Source of the DNA: Callorhinchus milii
Taxonomy: Eukaryota
Direction of reading: 5' to 3'
NCBI RefSeq assembly: GCF_018977255.1
Contig: NW_024704745.1
Location: 58,838,001 to 58,902,000 of the forward strand
DNA length: 64,000 bases
Position 1 is the first letter of the stretch; each line of letters begins with the position of its first letter. The translations under genes and the position numbers were made by a program. The notes under the pieces were generated by a model. It ran no database searches. It saw only the letters and a program-made list of their open reading frames with translations, and was not told where the DNA came from. Below are positions 12,531-25,200 of this stretch, piece after piece.

Positions 12531-13439
12531 CTATCCTCTGAGGCATGGGGAGCCAGTGGAGCCGGGCGAGGGTGGGGATGATGGGGATATGGCACCCAGT
12601 GTGGGAGAGGATACAAGCTGCAGAATTCTGCATGACCTGCAGCTTGTGGAGGAAGATTTGGGAAGACCAACAAGGAAGGAGGTTCCATAGTCAAGGCTTG
12701 AGGTGATGAACGCATTTATGAGTTTTGGTGGCCTGAAGGGTGAAGCAGAGTCAGGCAATGTTGCAGAGTGGGGGAAGGCAGAGCGGGTCATGGCATGTAT
12801 ATGGGAGAGAAAGGACAATTGAGGGTCAAACAAAATGCTCAGGTTCCTGACTGGCTTGGTGAGGTGGAGTGTGCATCCGTGGATGCTGATGCTGTCAGTG
12901 CCTGAGGTGTGGAAGCGCTGACGCGAGGCAATCACGAGGGCCTCAGTCTTTCTGACAATCGGCTGGAGAAAGTTGTCTCTCATCCAGGACTTGATGTCTG
13001 ACAGACAGTCTGTCAGGACATCAGTTGTCTTGGAATCAAGGGTGGAGGCAGAGAGATAGAATTGGGTGTCATCCGCGTACATGTTGATGTTGACCCCATG
13101 TCGGCAGATGATGTCACTAAATGGGAGCATGTAGAGGTTGAAGAGGAGGGGACCGAGGATAGAGCTCTGAGCAACACTGCACGAGACTGTGTGGGGGCTG
13201 GAGAAGAAACCAATAGCGGAGATAAATTGGAGACGGTGTGAGAGATAAAATCTGAACCATTCAAGGACAGAACCTTGAAGGTTGAGGTGAGAGCAGAAGC
13301 GGTGGAGAAGGATGAAGTGGTCCAAGGTATCAAAGGCAGCAGAGAGGTCGAGGAGGACGAGGACGCACATGGAGCCCTGGTCACAGATGGACAGGATGTT
13401 GTTTGTCACCTTGACCAGAGCAGTTTCTGTGAGCAGCAC
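12531..13439 (-). pseudogene. L2 ORF2 reverse transcriptase fragment (frameshifted)
   Basis: TETALVKV, LLDLSAAFDTLDH, QSSILGPLLFNLYMLP and MYADDTQFY non-LTR RT motifs; flanking parts lie in other frames. Confidence 0.92.
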
Positions 13440-14357
13440 GGAAACCTAATTGGAGGTGCTCGTAAAATGATGAGCAAAGCTGGGAAGTAACGACAATTTC
13501 AAGGGCCTTGGAAAAAAAAGGGAAGTTGGAGATGGGCCAGTAGTTAGAAAGCAGGGATGGGTCCAGGGAAGGTTTTTTCAGGATGGGGGTGATTATAGCT
13601 GTTTTTAGGGGGATGGGAACAGTGCCAGGATAAGGAAAGATTGATGGTGTCTGAGAGTAGAGGGGCAAGGAGGTGGAGCTGGGAGGTAAGAAGAGGGGCG
13701 AGGATGGGGTCAAGGGAGCAGTTGGTGTGTTTCATGCTGGATAAGGTGGTGATGAGAGCTGCCTATGAATGGATCCCCTTGGTTTTGGACTCGAGGAAAT
13801 CCAGCATTTCCACACAGTCAGAGCTTGAGGAGAGAATGGGGGAGGCATGGGAGAGTGGAAGGAGAAGCCGGTTGGTGGTGGAGAACAGGAGCCTGGGGTT
13901 GTCCTTCACCTCCAAGATAATCTTGGAATAGAAGGATGATTTGGCGGAGGCGAGGGCGGAGTGGTGCATTTGGATGTGATCCAGCCAGATCTGCCGGTAG
14001 ACTGTTAGATCAGACTTGAGTCAGGTGTGTTCGGCGGCCCGCACCTGACCTTTAAGAGAGCGGAGGTGGTTGGTGTACCAGGATGAGGTTCGTGAGTAGG
14101 AGGTGGTTCGGGAGGTGAGGGGGCAAGGGCATCAAGACTGGTGGAAAGAGAGCTGTGAAGGAGAGTGAGCGAGGAGGAAAATCAGTGTGGGAGGTAAGCA
14201 AGAGGTGGGGGAGTTCGGATGACTCCAGGACAGCAGAGAGGAATTGCGGGAAGANTTTTTTCCAGGGGCGATAGCAGATGTAGGTGGATTTGGTGGTGAT
14301 GGTGAGAGAGATTGAGGAATTGAAGGAGATAAAATGGTGATTGGAGATGGCTTTGTG

Positions 14358-14833
14358 ACCCCATCACTCCCACTCACGCTCGACTCCACTGGCTCCCCAT
14401 CCCCCAGAGGATTGAGTTCAAGATCCTCGCCCTCACCTTTAAAGCCATCTATGGCCTTGCCCCCTCCTACCTATCTGACTTGCTGACTCCCTACCAACCT
14501 GCCCGCTCCCTCTGTTCATTGGGATCCTGCTCCATGTCTCCCACCCGATCCGACCTACCATCGGTGGCCGGGCTTTCAGCCTCTCTGCCCCACACTCTGG
14601 AATTCCATCCCATGGTCCCTTCACCTCGCTTCTTCCCTTGCCTCCTTCAAGGCCGGTCTCAAGACCCTTCTCTTCGACTGTGCCTTTGGTCTCCTTCCCA
14701 CCTCTCTGCCTTCCCTCACCCCTACACCACCCCTCCCCCATACTCGGGCTCCGACACCTTATTGTTCAGCACTTTGGGACGTCCTCCCGACGTGAGAGGT
14801 GCTCTATAAATGTAATTTTGTTTTTGTAGTTGT
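14358..14833 (+). mobile_element. L2 3' end inserted in opposite orientation in the long L2
   Basis: LHWLP.P.RIEFKIL coding, 'gggacgtcctcccgacgtgagaggtgct' stem-loop, T/G-rich tail. Confidence 0.9.
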
Positions 14834-14927
14834 CTGTGATCGTGATAATCACCAGGTCAAGTGGTTGGCCATAAACATGGGTGGCAAAGTGGATGTGGAG
14901 GGAAAGGTTGTGAGAGGAAAGGAGACA

Positions 14928-15018
14928 GAAACTTGCCCAAGGTTTCGCCCTGCTAGGAATCAAACCCTGGTCTCTCGCTTACAAGGCGAGTGCTCTAACC
15001 ACTGAGCTACAGAACTCC
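14928..15018 (-). mobile_element. SINE2-1_CM-like tRNA head only
   Basis: Minus: ggagttctgtagctcagtggttagagcactcgcc...cagggcgaaaccttgggcaagtttc, matching 19189-19280. Confidence 0.85.
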
Positions 15019-15164
15019 TTGAGGAAGGAGTCCGGTAGGATTTTTGGGGAAGGACAGCTCGGGTTGGGGGTGGCAGCCAAGATGCGCACCCCGAGACTTG
15101 AGGCAGACGGTTAGTGGGGCATGGTCAGCCTACAGACATGGAGACTGTCGGGGCTAGAGATGCG

Positions 15165-16265
15165 CAGAAGTCTGCAGATTACATCGCCAAGTGGGAGCAT
15201 ATAGATGAGGAAAAGAAGAGGGCCAAGGATGGAGCCCTCTGGTATTCCGGAGGTGACCTGGGAGGGGACGGGAGGAGAAACCATTTGACGGATGAAGTGT
15301 AGGTGGTTGGTTATGTAGGATTCGAACCATGCGAGTGTGGTCCCACCAAGGTGGATGAGGGAGGAGAGCCGATGGAGGAGGATGGCGTGATCGATGTGTC
15401 AAATGCGGCAGAGAGATCCAGGAGGACAAGGAGGCAGAGGGAGCCCTGGTCACAGATAGAGAGGACGCTGTTTGTGACTTTGACAAGCGCTGTCTTTGTC
15501 CTGTGGGCAGGGTGAAAACCAGACTGCAGGGGCTCGAGGAGGGAGTGGAGGAAGAGGTGTGACCGAAGTCGACCTGCAACAGTGCATTACAGGACTTTAG
15601 CAAGGAAGGGTATGTTGGAAATGGGACGGTAGTGTGAGAGATTAGAGGGATCAAAGGTGTTTTTTTTTGAGGAGGGGTGTGATAACAGCGGTTTTCAGGG
15701 GGAATGGAACAGAGCTTGAGGAGAGAGACTGGTTGACTGTGTCGGCCAGCAGGGGAGAAAGGAGTGGGAGTTGAGTGACCAGCAGCTGAGTGGGGAGGGG
15801 TTCGAGGTAGTAGGTGGTGAACTTCATGTGGGTAACTGTGGTTGAGAGGGAGGTGGGAGAAATGGGGGCAAAGGAGTGTAAGGAGATGGGAATGGCAGGT
15901 GCTGTGGTGGAGGGAGAAGGCGGTGTGGACGGTCTGGGTGGGGTGGAAGGGGACATGAGGGGGGAAGATGATGCAGCCAAGCAGATATTTTCAATCTTTG
16001 AGGCGAAGTCTAGGACCTCGTCACACTTGGCATTTGATGTGAAGACACGGTGATGGACAGTGGCAAATAGTGGCTTTGAGTTGTTTTTGGCTTCCAGGAT
16101 GACGTTGGAATAAAAGTCAGTTTGGGCCTGTGAAAGGGAGAGGCGGTAAGTGTGGAGTTGCTCGAGCCACAGATGGCGGTGAATCGTGAGGCCGGATTTC
16201 TGCCATCTGGCTCAAGCGTCCGGGCTGATGAAGACTGATGAAGAGGGAAGGAGACAGAGGGGTAG
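15165..16265 (-). mobile_element. L2 ORF2 internal fragment (linker and N-terminal RT)
   Basis: PLPTQLL...PLKTAVITPLLKK; minus 'ggaataccagagggctccatccttggccct' (GIPEGSILGP); ends at YMLPLGDVICR. Confidence 0.85.
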
Positions 16266-16269
16266 AAGA

Positions 16270-16620
16270 AGGGAGATCCAGAGATTAAGGGAGTAGCTTG
16301 AAAACTCATTTACAGCTTGTGACATGAAGAGGCAGAGGATATACAGCAAGCCCAAGTCAGTCAAGTGGAATGGGTGAGCAGGAAAGTGATGTAGATAAAG
16401 ATCAAAGAGATTGGGTGGTGCTTCAGTGGGAAAGGATTTACAGGTTAGGATGAGGAAATCAATCCACAACAACAACAAGATTACATTTGTATAGCGCCTT
16501 TCACGTCGGGAGGACGTCCCAAGGCGCTGGGACAGAGTGCAGCATTTCTGACCCGAGCTGGGGTTGGGGGAGTAAGGGAGGGGAGGGAAAGGGGGGTGGC
16601 CGATGGCAGGGAGACAGTGA
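16270..16620 (-). mobile_element. Two abutting L2 3' fragments
   Basis: WIDFLILTCKS ORF; (CAA)n tail at 16466 followed by 'gcgcctttcacgtcgggaggacgtcccaaggcgc'. Confidence 0.75.
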
Positions 16621-18519
16621 AGCCTGATGAAAACTGGGTTGACTGAAGACTATTCTAACCACCACATACATACCTAAGACAGTCTACTTAAGACTTTTTT
16701 CAGTGAACATTTCAAAGCCTAAAAAAATCAAACTGACCTGCTGAAATCTGTCAGCTGGCTCAGTCAGTCATTTGATTTCTCTGCACAAACCAGTTTCTCT
16801 GTGCAGTAATGAAATTCTGCAATCTGTACAAGGGTTATGAACCCTAAATAATGGGTCCCATTGTGCCTTTTGTACGCAGCAAGAAAATGCGGACAGTCTT
16901 TTTCACAGCAAGGACTGAAGAGCAATATTTCTGAAGATATACAAGTGCATTATCCCACCGTCAGTATCAGTAATAATCCAGAAACACTAGATGGCAGTGT
17001 CAGAGGTTATTGTGGACCTTTACACAATGTCCGGATGAATGCTTTCTTGAAAAACACATTAGTGAATAAGGTTTCCAGGGCGTCAATTTTTTATGATTAC
17101 TTTATAATCTTTTCAAGTGCAAGGTTCAATGTTTGCAGTATCCTTTCCACTTGAATATTAGATTGATCATTGAAATTAACACCTGCTGTTAAATTAATTC
17201 TTGTTTGACAAAGAATATGTACAATTTTAGTCTGTTTCACTTCCTCTACCAAACATCCAAGTGTACACTTTATTTCAGTAATCTACCAAATTGAATCTTG
17301 CTACAATAATAATATGTAATGATTAACATTTCAGCAGATCGGTTGGTTTGTTTGCACACCTCTTCCTGATATTTCAATGTTAAGTATTTCTGCTGAGCCT
17401 TTAACAGTTTTCCACAAACAATTGAATGTAAACTAATGTTAACCTTTATAAACGATGGTTTGAGCCCTGACTTTACCAAGTACTGTGTTCTATAACAGAA
17501 AGTCTTGTAACATTTGAAAACCTGATTGTTTAAATGGAAATTGCCTTGAGCAATGTATTGAACGGGTACACAGCAGGGCCAATTATCATATCCATGCCTT
17601 GCATCTAAGCAAATAATTCTTTGAATGTCCTGAATTAGTGTTTATAATGGGCAATATTGCTGAGGTACTATTGATAGCTGAAAACACTATAGTACTGCTT
17701 TATGTATATATGCTTTAATTTTGACTATTTCCAGTCTTCCACAGATTAGGATGGATTTTTTTAAAAAAAACACAGTAGCTCAATGTGTAGTAAAGAAATG
17801 GAGGCATGTCCACATGTATACAATAGTAATACTACTGCATTCTCATTATTTGTGGACATTATAATTACAGAATCCTAGTTTTGCTCCTTACATTGCATTT
17901 TGATAGACTAGCTGGGTTAAATGTATCCAAGTTTTAATTTATACAGAACATTTAACTTCAGTCTAGTGTGTTGTCTGTCTGATAATGGCATGCAGAACAA
18001 ATCAGCATAATTTTGAAGCCTAAAGCAGTGAGAGCAAAGAAGTTGTAGCAGGAGCATGGTTGGAGAAGAATCTTGCAGTAAATGAATGCTTGATAGAGTC
18101 TGCAATCCAGCTTGGGTCTGGGTAAAGACATGATCAGTATCAAAATGAATTTGTTTGTTTAGTCTGAAGCCTCTGAAAGGTAGCAGAAAGGCTTGTATAC
18201 TCATTTGAGGCCAGGATATCTAATGGCTTTAACTTTCAGATCATTGTACTAAAAATGTAAGATTGTGCATTATTTTGAAAGAGTCTTAGATTCAGTATTC
18301 ATGTGATGTTTTAACTAAAACTGCAGAAAACTATTTGAGACTGAATTTAAGAATTTTCCAAAATTCTACACGATCGTAAATTTTAAAGATCTGCTCTTAA
18401 CAACACTTGCACTTGAAGATTGTCAGGTCCAGGCTAGATTACACCAACTCTCTGATGGACAGACTAACCACCTGTTCCTTTCACAAGCTACTATCCGGTA
18501 AGCTCACAGGGAGCTCCTG

Positions 18520-18790
18520 GTGCCTACCATCCACATATTGAGGGTTCAAACCCGCACTTGTCAGATGTCGAACCACCAACTAGTGACTTTCCTTCTTGGG
18601 TGGGAGGTAAGCGGAGTCTCCTTGGAGCTGAACTGGCTCCAAGGTGACATTCCAGGCTACAAAATGTTGGAATCAAGTCAGTCCTCTATAGCGCTCTTGG
18701 TAGCCCAGTTCCTGAGCCAGGCTACTACTCTACCTCTGCAACCTCCACAAACCTTAGCAACCAGGCTGTTTCCTCAGCTCAGCAGACACT
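18520..18790. repeat. Second copy of the unclassified repeat (same orientation as 2895-3100)
   Basis: 'gggaggtaagcggagtctccttggagctgaactggctccaaggtgacat...cagttcctgagccagg'. Confidence 0.65.
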
Positions 18791-18799
18791 AGCTGCTTC

Positions 18800-19075
18800 A
18801 ATTCCCTGCCCCACCATCGGCAATTAGGCTTTCAGCATACCTATCCCCATTCTTTGAACCTGAATCTCAGATTTCCTTTGACTCATCCCTTCCATTGCCT
18901 TCTTCAAGGTCTGCCTCAGACATTCCTCTTTGACCATGCTTTTGGTCATCTTTCCCCACTCACCCCCCTAACCCCCACCTCCAGCTTGCGAACAAGCCTT
19001 GGATTTTCCAGCGCTGTGGGACATACTCCTGATGTGAAAGGCACTATATCAATGTGCATTTGTAATTTGTATTGT
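18800..19075 (+). mobile_element. Degraded L2 3' end
   Basis: 'ttcaaggtctgcctcagacattcctctttgaccatgc', tail 'gcgctgtgggacatactcctgatgtgaaaggcact'. Confidence 0.7.
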
Positions 19076-19188
19076 AATTTTAGGACTCTCGCTCTTTATT
19101 TAGGAGTTCCTCTGGGTTCGCTGCGGACGTATGCATGTCTCGAAAACAATTTAAGAGTCAAGAGCTGAAGGGAATACTTACATCCTGT

Positions 19189-19519
19189 GGAGTCCTGTGG
19201 CTCAGTGGTTAGAGCACTCGCTTTGTAAGTGAGAGACCTGAGTTCAATTCCAGGCAGGGCGAAACCTTGGGCAAGTTTCCTTACTCCACACGCCTAATAA
19301 TAATCCCTCCAAAAAAAAAACAATAATAAATTGGTCATTTTCAATCCATATGACTGTTTGTGGGACATTGCTGTGCGCAATTGGCTGCCGCGTTCGCCCA
19401 CAAATATACAGTCAATTCACTTTACAGTGTGTTCTGTGAAGCGCTTTGGGACGTCCTCCCGACGTGAAAAGCGCTATATCAAATGCAAGGATTATTATTA
19501 TTATTATTATTATTATTAT
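19189..19519 (+). mobile_element. Young full-length SINE2-1_CM-like DeuSINE
   Basis: A box TGGCTCAGTGG, B box AGTTCAATTCC, Deu domain 'tgtgggacattgctgtgcgcaattggctgccgcg', L2-like tail, (ATT)n. Near-identical to 58940-59258. Confidence 0.92.
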
Positions 19520-19639
19520 CTATCTTGTGTGAGTGACTATTTCAGGTACGGTTGAGCTCCATCTTGTCCTTACCTGGCATTTTGGGGATAGAATAAGGTG
19601 GTAGAGTGAAAGTGCATAATGGGTCTCAAGAGGGAAGTA

Positions 19640-19780
19640 GAAATGTATATGAAATTTAGAGACTTGAAGGGAGATATGGGAATTGGACAGGGCAGCAAGA
19701 TGGAAAGATCAGCTTGCACTGAGAGCTAGTGTAGACTCGAAAGGCCGAATGGCCTCCTTCTGCGCTATAAATTTCAATGA
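19640..19780 (+). mobile_element. CR1 LINE 3' end
   Basis: 'ggccgaatggcctccttctgcgct' CR1 terminal hairpin. Confidence 0.7.
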
Positions 19781-21899
19781 CATGCCCACGTGCGCCTTTT
19801 TGAAAGGGAATAGTGATCAACAGCAGCTTTTCTGAGTTGGCCCACTTTCTTGTTGTCAATTGCAGCAACTCCACTTTGTTGAAGAGTTCATGGAAGAGCA
19901 ACATAGATGATTCAAAGGCTCCAAGTTAAGAGAGATTCAAAGAACTTGTATTAACTGAGGAAAGGAAGATTGAATGAGGAAATGGTTCATGTCTTCAAAA
20001 TTCTGAGAAATGTGAATAATTGAATTGACTGTTTAATTTAGAGGTGTGACTGCAGGATTGGAGCACGACTCAGTGAGATGAGAGGCACCTCACATGATGT
20101 GAGTGGGAGATTAAAGAGATTTCATCTTGAAGACTCATTATATGTAATTTTATGTGTTAAGAAGAACTTTGAAGATGATGCGTATGATGGGGTTGCAAAA
20201 TGAAGGTTGTATTTAAGACATTGCCAAATGCTTTAAAATTCTACGTGAATAAGATAAACATAGAGTCAGGTGCAATTTCTCCCCAATAATGTTTATTATT
20301 GTAGTAACAATAATAATAATAATTATTACATTTAGTATAGAACCTTTGCAAGGATGTCATAGCAGGTCATAGGAAAATGCAGTGATTGTATTTTGTCGGT
20401 GAAATACAGCAGTTAATTTGCACACAGCAATGTCACTCAAACAGCTATGAAGTGAATGACCAAATCACTTCTTTCTCACATCTCCTCTTTCTATAAGCAA
20501 ACAGATTATTTCAGGTCTGAAGCTTGTTTCAGAGCTCTTAACTGTTACAATTCCAGATACCCTTATACAACATCTCTTTTTGATTCAATATCGATCAGAA
20601 TGCATTTCAGTCTGATTGCTGATAATAGGAAGGTGTCCAAGACATCAACACAAACTGAGTACATGGAATTTAAAAGAATAATAACTCCTGTATTTGATTT
20701 AGTAGTTTTCACACAAGGAGGACTTCTCAAAGTGCTTAAAGTGTTATTACCTGTGTATTTTGTAGACCAACACAAATAACATAAGTGTAAATGAATAACA
20801 TTAAATATGAAATGTCTTCTAAAAGCATGCAAGGCATATTACATCTATTCTCATCTATCTGGATGAGGAGGGAGGAGTGCTTTAGATTGCATGTATTTTA
20901 CCCTCATATCTCCTGGTCAGTCATAAAAGATGATGTCCTTTCAACTTGCGATTCTAACCATAATTCCCAAGTGACTAATAAATTATCCAGTCAGCCTCAC
21001 TCAATATATTCCTAGTCCATAACTGAAAGATTGCAGAAAGATTCTCTGTATCTATACAAAGGATCTACCTGTAATCTGTGACTGTTGGTTTTAAGCTGAA
21101 CGATAAATACATGTTGATGCATTGGGGTCCATATCGTGTTACATTTGATATTTATATCATCAGATGTGCTGGAGGCACATATGGTGAACACAATACTCAA
21201 TAGTGATGTCCTTGAAGCCAGCCCTGTGGCATTGGATTTACAGATCACTGGTTAACAAGATACCACTGTTTAACTAAGCAGAATAGCTGGTACTTTGCTA
21301 ACCATCAGTCAAAGGCCACCGTCCAGTGCTGGGAGGCAGGTCCACCTCTGACATGTGGTAAATATTAAATGAATGCCAAATTGAAGTAGTATGTTGGAAG
21401 ATGGCAGTTATTGCATTGCATTTTGAGAAATATATAAGTTAACCCCTTACAAGATTGTTGAGGTGTTTACTTGACTGGTTGCTAGCTCTGTCTAGGTGAT
21501 GTCAGTGAGTTTATGTGGTTGTGTCTCCAGTTTCCAATTTCTGCATTAAAGATTGGCCTGGTTGCATCTATTTCAAGGGTTTCTCACTGGCTATAAAATC
21601 AATCCCAGAAGTGGATTTTTTTCCCTAAACATTATTTCTACTTTAAACCTGAGGTAATCTACACAGAAATAATTGATTTGTTGGGAGTCATATTGGCTTT
21701 TCTGTGGGGCAAGATAATTCTTTTCATCTCAAGTGATATTTGAGACTTTAGATTTTTAAACTGTGGCATCTAGTTCTGTTCTCATATTGCAAATTAAATA
21801 GCTTATTTACAACTCTCTTATGTATGCCTCTATAATTTTGGATCAGTGTTCAATGAGCGAATGTTATTGGGTAAGGTAGCAATAAACCAGGCAACATGG

Positions 21900-22290
21900 G
21901 CTATATCAGTTGAGTTCAGATGTCCAGATGTCATACTCAAGCTATATAGTACTCTGGTCAGGCTGCACCTAGAACACTGCATCCTGTTCTGATCACCACG
22001 GCATAAGTGGTTCAGGCCCTAAAGTCAGTGCAGAGGAGAGGAACGAGGTATGATCCACGGGAGAACAAGCGACATAAGTGTAAAGTTGCAAAGATCAATT
22101 TCAGGATGTACACCAGGAAGTTTTCTTTATACCCAGAGGGTCACTAGCACTGGAACAGATTGACAGGAAAGGTGGCTGAGGCCAGAGCACTGAACCCAAT
22201 TAAATTCAGCTCAATATTATCATGGAAAGATGATCGGGTTGGTAATCTGGAGGAATGAGATCAAATCGGCTAAAGGACCTTCTTCAACCG
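21900..22290 (+). mobile_element. Old CR1 ORF2 3' fragment
   Basis: 'ctatatagtactctggtcaggctgcacctagaacactgc' resembles LY..LVRPHLEYC; 'cccagagggtc..tggaacag' resembles TQRVV..WN. Confidence 0.7.
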
Positions 22291-25200
22291 AACTGATTTT
22301 GTAACATATTCCGCAACATAGGGATGTGGGATTTTAAAATAGGGCAACACATGCTCTGAAGTGTGTTACGAGCTAGATGACAACATCTCAATCTTTGGAT
22401 GCATCATGTCAACTATCTTGTAAAGTCTCTGATACCTTGTAGCAGACTATCATCAAACTGGTGCACCCCTGCCGATACCTGGTACGTGATTATTCATTTT
22501 ATTGAAATCATTTATTTAAATATTCATTTGTGCCATTGTGGCTTTTTTACTTAATCTGATTATAATGGTTCACAGAGGAAAGTTCACCAGTGAGCACAAT
22601 ATGGATTCAGCCTTCCTGAAGTAAGCATTGGTGCAATATGTACTTTATCAAGTTCTGCATTTGTTCATCAGCTTTTTGTTACTGACAATGAATTGCATTC
22701 TAGAGCAGTCAATAGTTAATCAAGTTTTCCATTGCAGTTGGCAGTTGTGAATACATTGAACAATGTTGTTTTAGTGCAGAGAGATTGCTATGTAACATAT
22801 ACTCCTATTTCAGCCTGTGTTCCTCTGGAGAGCATAGCCTTGGTAACTCTATTTCATAGTAAGTAGCCAACTGTATATTATCAAGAGAAGAAAACACTAA
22901 TATAATTCTGAAATGAATACTCTCTCTGGTACGAAGAGCAAACTAGAGCCAGTTACACCTGTCAATCCCTGACAATTCAGTTATGAGTATACTTCACTGA
23001 ATTTATTCTGGAGTGAAGCCAAGCTGGGTTCGTCCCGAGTGAGTTGTGCAGAACTAGCTGCACACCTCTAGGGCGTGCTTTGAATCCCAATTGAGCAGAA
23101 ATATAGATGTTCAGACCAATCTAAACTTGGCTTATTTGCAGCTATGCTGGACTCAGGCCATCTTAGATTTTTTTTTAAATAACTGAAAATAACTGTGAGT
23201 TCTGTGGTGTGTTCCTTCCATCAGTTCCATCACACCAATAATGTGCCCTTATCATGATTGATATGCACTGTTACTGAATCAAGATTGTTTTCCTTGAGTC
23301 TGTGGGGCAAGTTGAAGGTATTCTATAAATTAGCACTAGCATTACTTTGAAGAACACATTAAAGCATGCCACAAGTATTCCTTCTATTCTTCCCCAACCC
23401 CTGTATCTTCCTTCTGTATCAGAGAAGTGAAAAGATTCACTAAAGCAACAATACAATGGTTACAGTTGATTTGAGATGAACACACCTGATTAACTAATGG
23501 AGGTCACTTCATAATGGGTATGATGAACATTAAATATTTTTGAATGTCTGGTTACCTCAAAGCAAATGTGTTCAAAAGTAATTTCTCCATTTAAAATGCA
23601 GGACCAATCAATCTTTATGTTTGGCCTAAACAGTTAGTGTCAGTGAACTATCAAAGTAGGGATGGCAGAAGCCATTATCATTATTATTACTAATAAGACC
23701 ATCACAGACAAGCCTGGAATTGTGACATTAAGTCCAAGATGAGAACTTTTAGCTGAAAGTATTGAGAAAGAATGAGTAAGCAAGTAATTAGTTTTACGAC
23801 ATTGAGAGTCAGACATTTTTCTCACAAGTTTTTTTTGGCCGATATTTGCTGACTTGGGATTCACGAGCTGTAAATCTTGCAAACCTTAAAGGTACAATAA
23901 ACAGAAATTTGTGAATATCACAGGTTACATCCCATTATTTATGACTCCTTCGCGAGTTCAAAAATCAAGCTGAATATTCTCAGTACAAGTAAATCTCTCT
24001 TGTATTTAAATGCTCATAAGCCTGCATGTATTTTGGTAACTAAAGCTTACTGTACTTTATTAGCATAATACCATAATTAAAAATCTTGTTATTAATGCAC
24101 ATTTTTTTCTGAAAAACTGTAATAGGATTCGCACATAGTTTCAGAGAATTTGGAGATCCTCAGCGTTTGAAAGTGGATGTAAATGGTAACTGACAATAGC
24201 TAATTATAACTTGTACTTCCAACCCTTATAATTATTATTTTCTCAGCCTAATGGCAGAGCAATGTATTAGAGACCGTTTCCACCCTCCTACCTTTGTTGT
24301 AATTATTAGCCTGAATTGATTGTGTGCCATTATGCTGGTGCTTCAGAACTAAACTGTGTAATTTAATTTCTCGCATTGTCTCAGAGTTCTGTTGAATGGG
24401 GATAGCAGGCAAGGGCAGCAGCCAGAGTCTTGTGATGGTTTCATGGTGATGCAAATAACAGCAGAGAATCATGTGGCATGATTCTCTTCACTCAGTTGGA
24501 ATTGACAAGTGTTTGAATTTTCACACATCAGCTGTGCTGAGTACAATCAGCAGTCGTGATGGACTGGACGATTTGTGAAAGAGACTGTCAAATACTCTAA
24601 GGTTTAACCCTGGGAGAAGGAAAAAGGCAGAATCTGAGGCTTAAGCTGATTTATTTTCTCAGCTGAAGAGGATAGGAGTGGTGTAAGGTGCTTAACATTC
24701 AACCCCATGTTCTCACTTTTGCAGTAGCTCTATGTACATGGACTTAATTAGATAGTGTTTCAGATGAGCAGGAAAAGGTCATTCTGTGATGGTTCATGCT
24801 ATAGCAGCAGGGAGTTAAAGCACCTCTTTAACCAGAGACCAGCTTCCCAGGTCTGCAAAAGAATTCTTCCTGAAACCTGCAATGAAGTGTCACGTAAAAT
24901 GGTTTGCCAGTAAGATTACTATTAAAATCAATGTGCTTGCTTCAGTGGAATGAATCCACATCAGTGCTTTCCTTCTCCTCTTTACTTTTGGCTAAAGAAG
25001 CCAACAACTGGGAATGCAACAAATTTGATGAATGTATCCAATTATTAATGACTTTCTTATTCAACTTGTCAGTTGCTCTCTTGCCTCAATACCTGACATC
25101 TTACTGAGGTCAGTGTGGAACTCTTCATCGTTTATGACAACTTTCACAGAAAGATATTTCATTATCTCTAGGTCCAATTTAATTACTTTTGGCTGCAGTT

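Larger units (their letters stand above)
12106..14927 (-). mobile_element. Long decayed L2 LINE (APE C-terminal part, RT, 3' tail), interrupted at 14358-14833
   Basis: Tail at 12106; RT motifs; linker KTAIITPILKKPSLDP..NYWPISNFPF; APE motifs ATHVYGQPLDLVI (~14850-14890) and AISNHH (SDH-like, ~14330-14352). Confidence 0.9.

Noticed and set aside
19189-19262. tRNA gene (also 30884, 58940, 14928)
   Set aside because: A/B boxes are present, but three copies continue into a Deu domain and LINE-like tail, and 14928 is the same head fused to L2. These are SINE heads, not tRNA genes.
20456-21248. Cluster of overlapping ORFs as a host exon
   Set aside because: No recognisable domain, ORFs on both strands, and no convincing splice-site pair.
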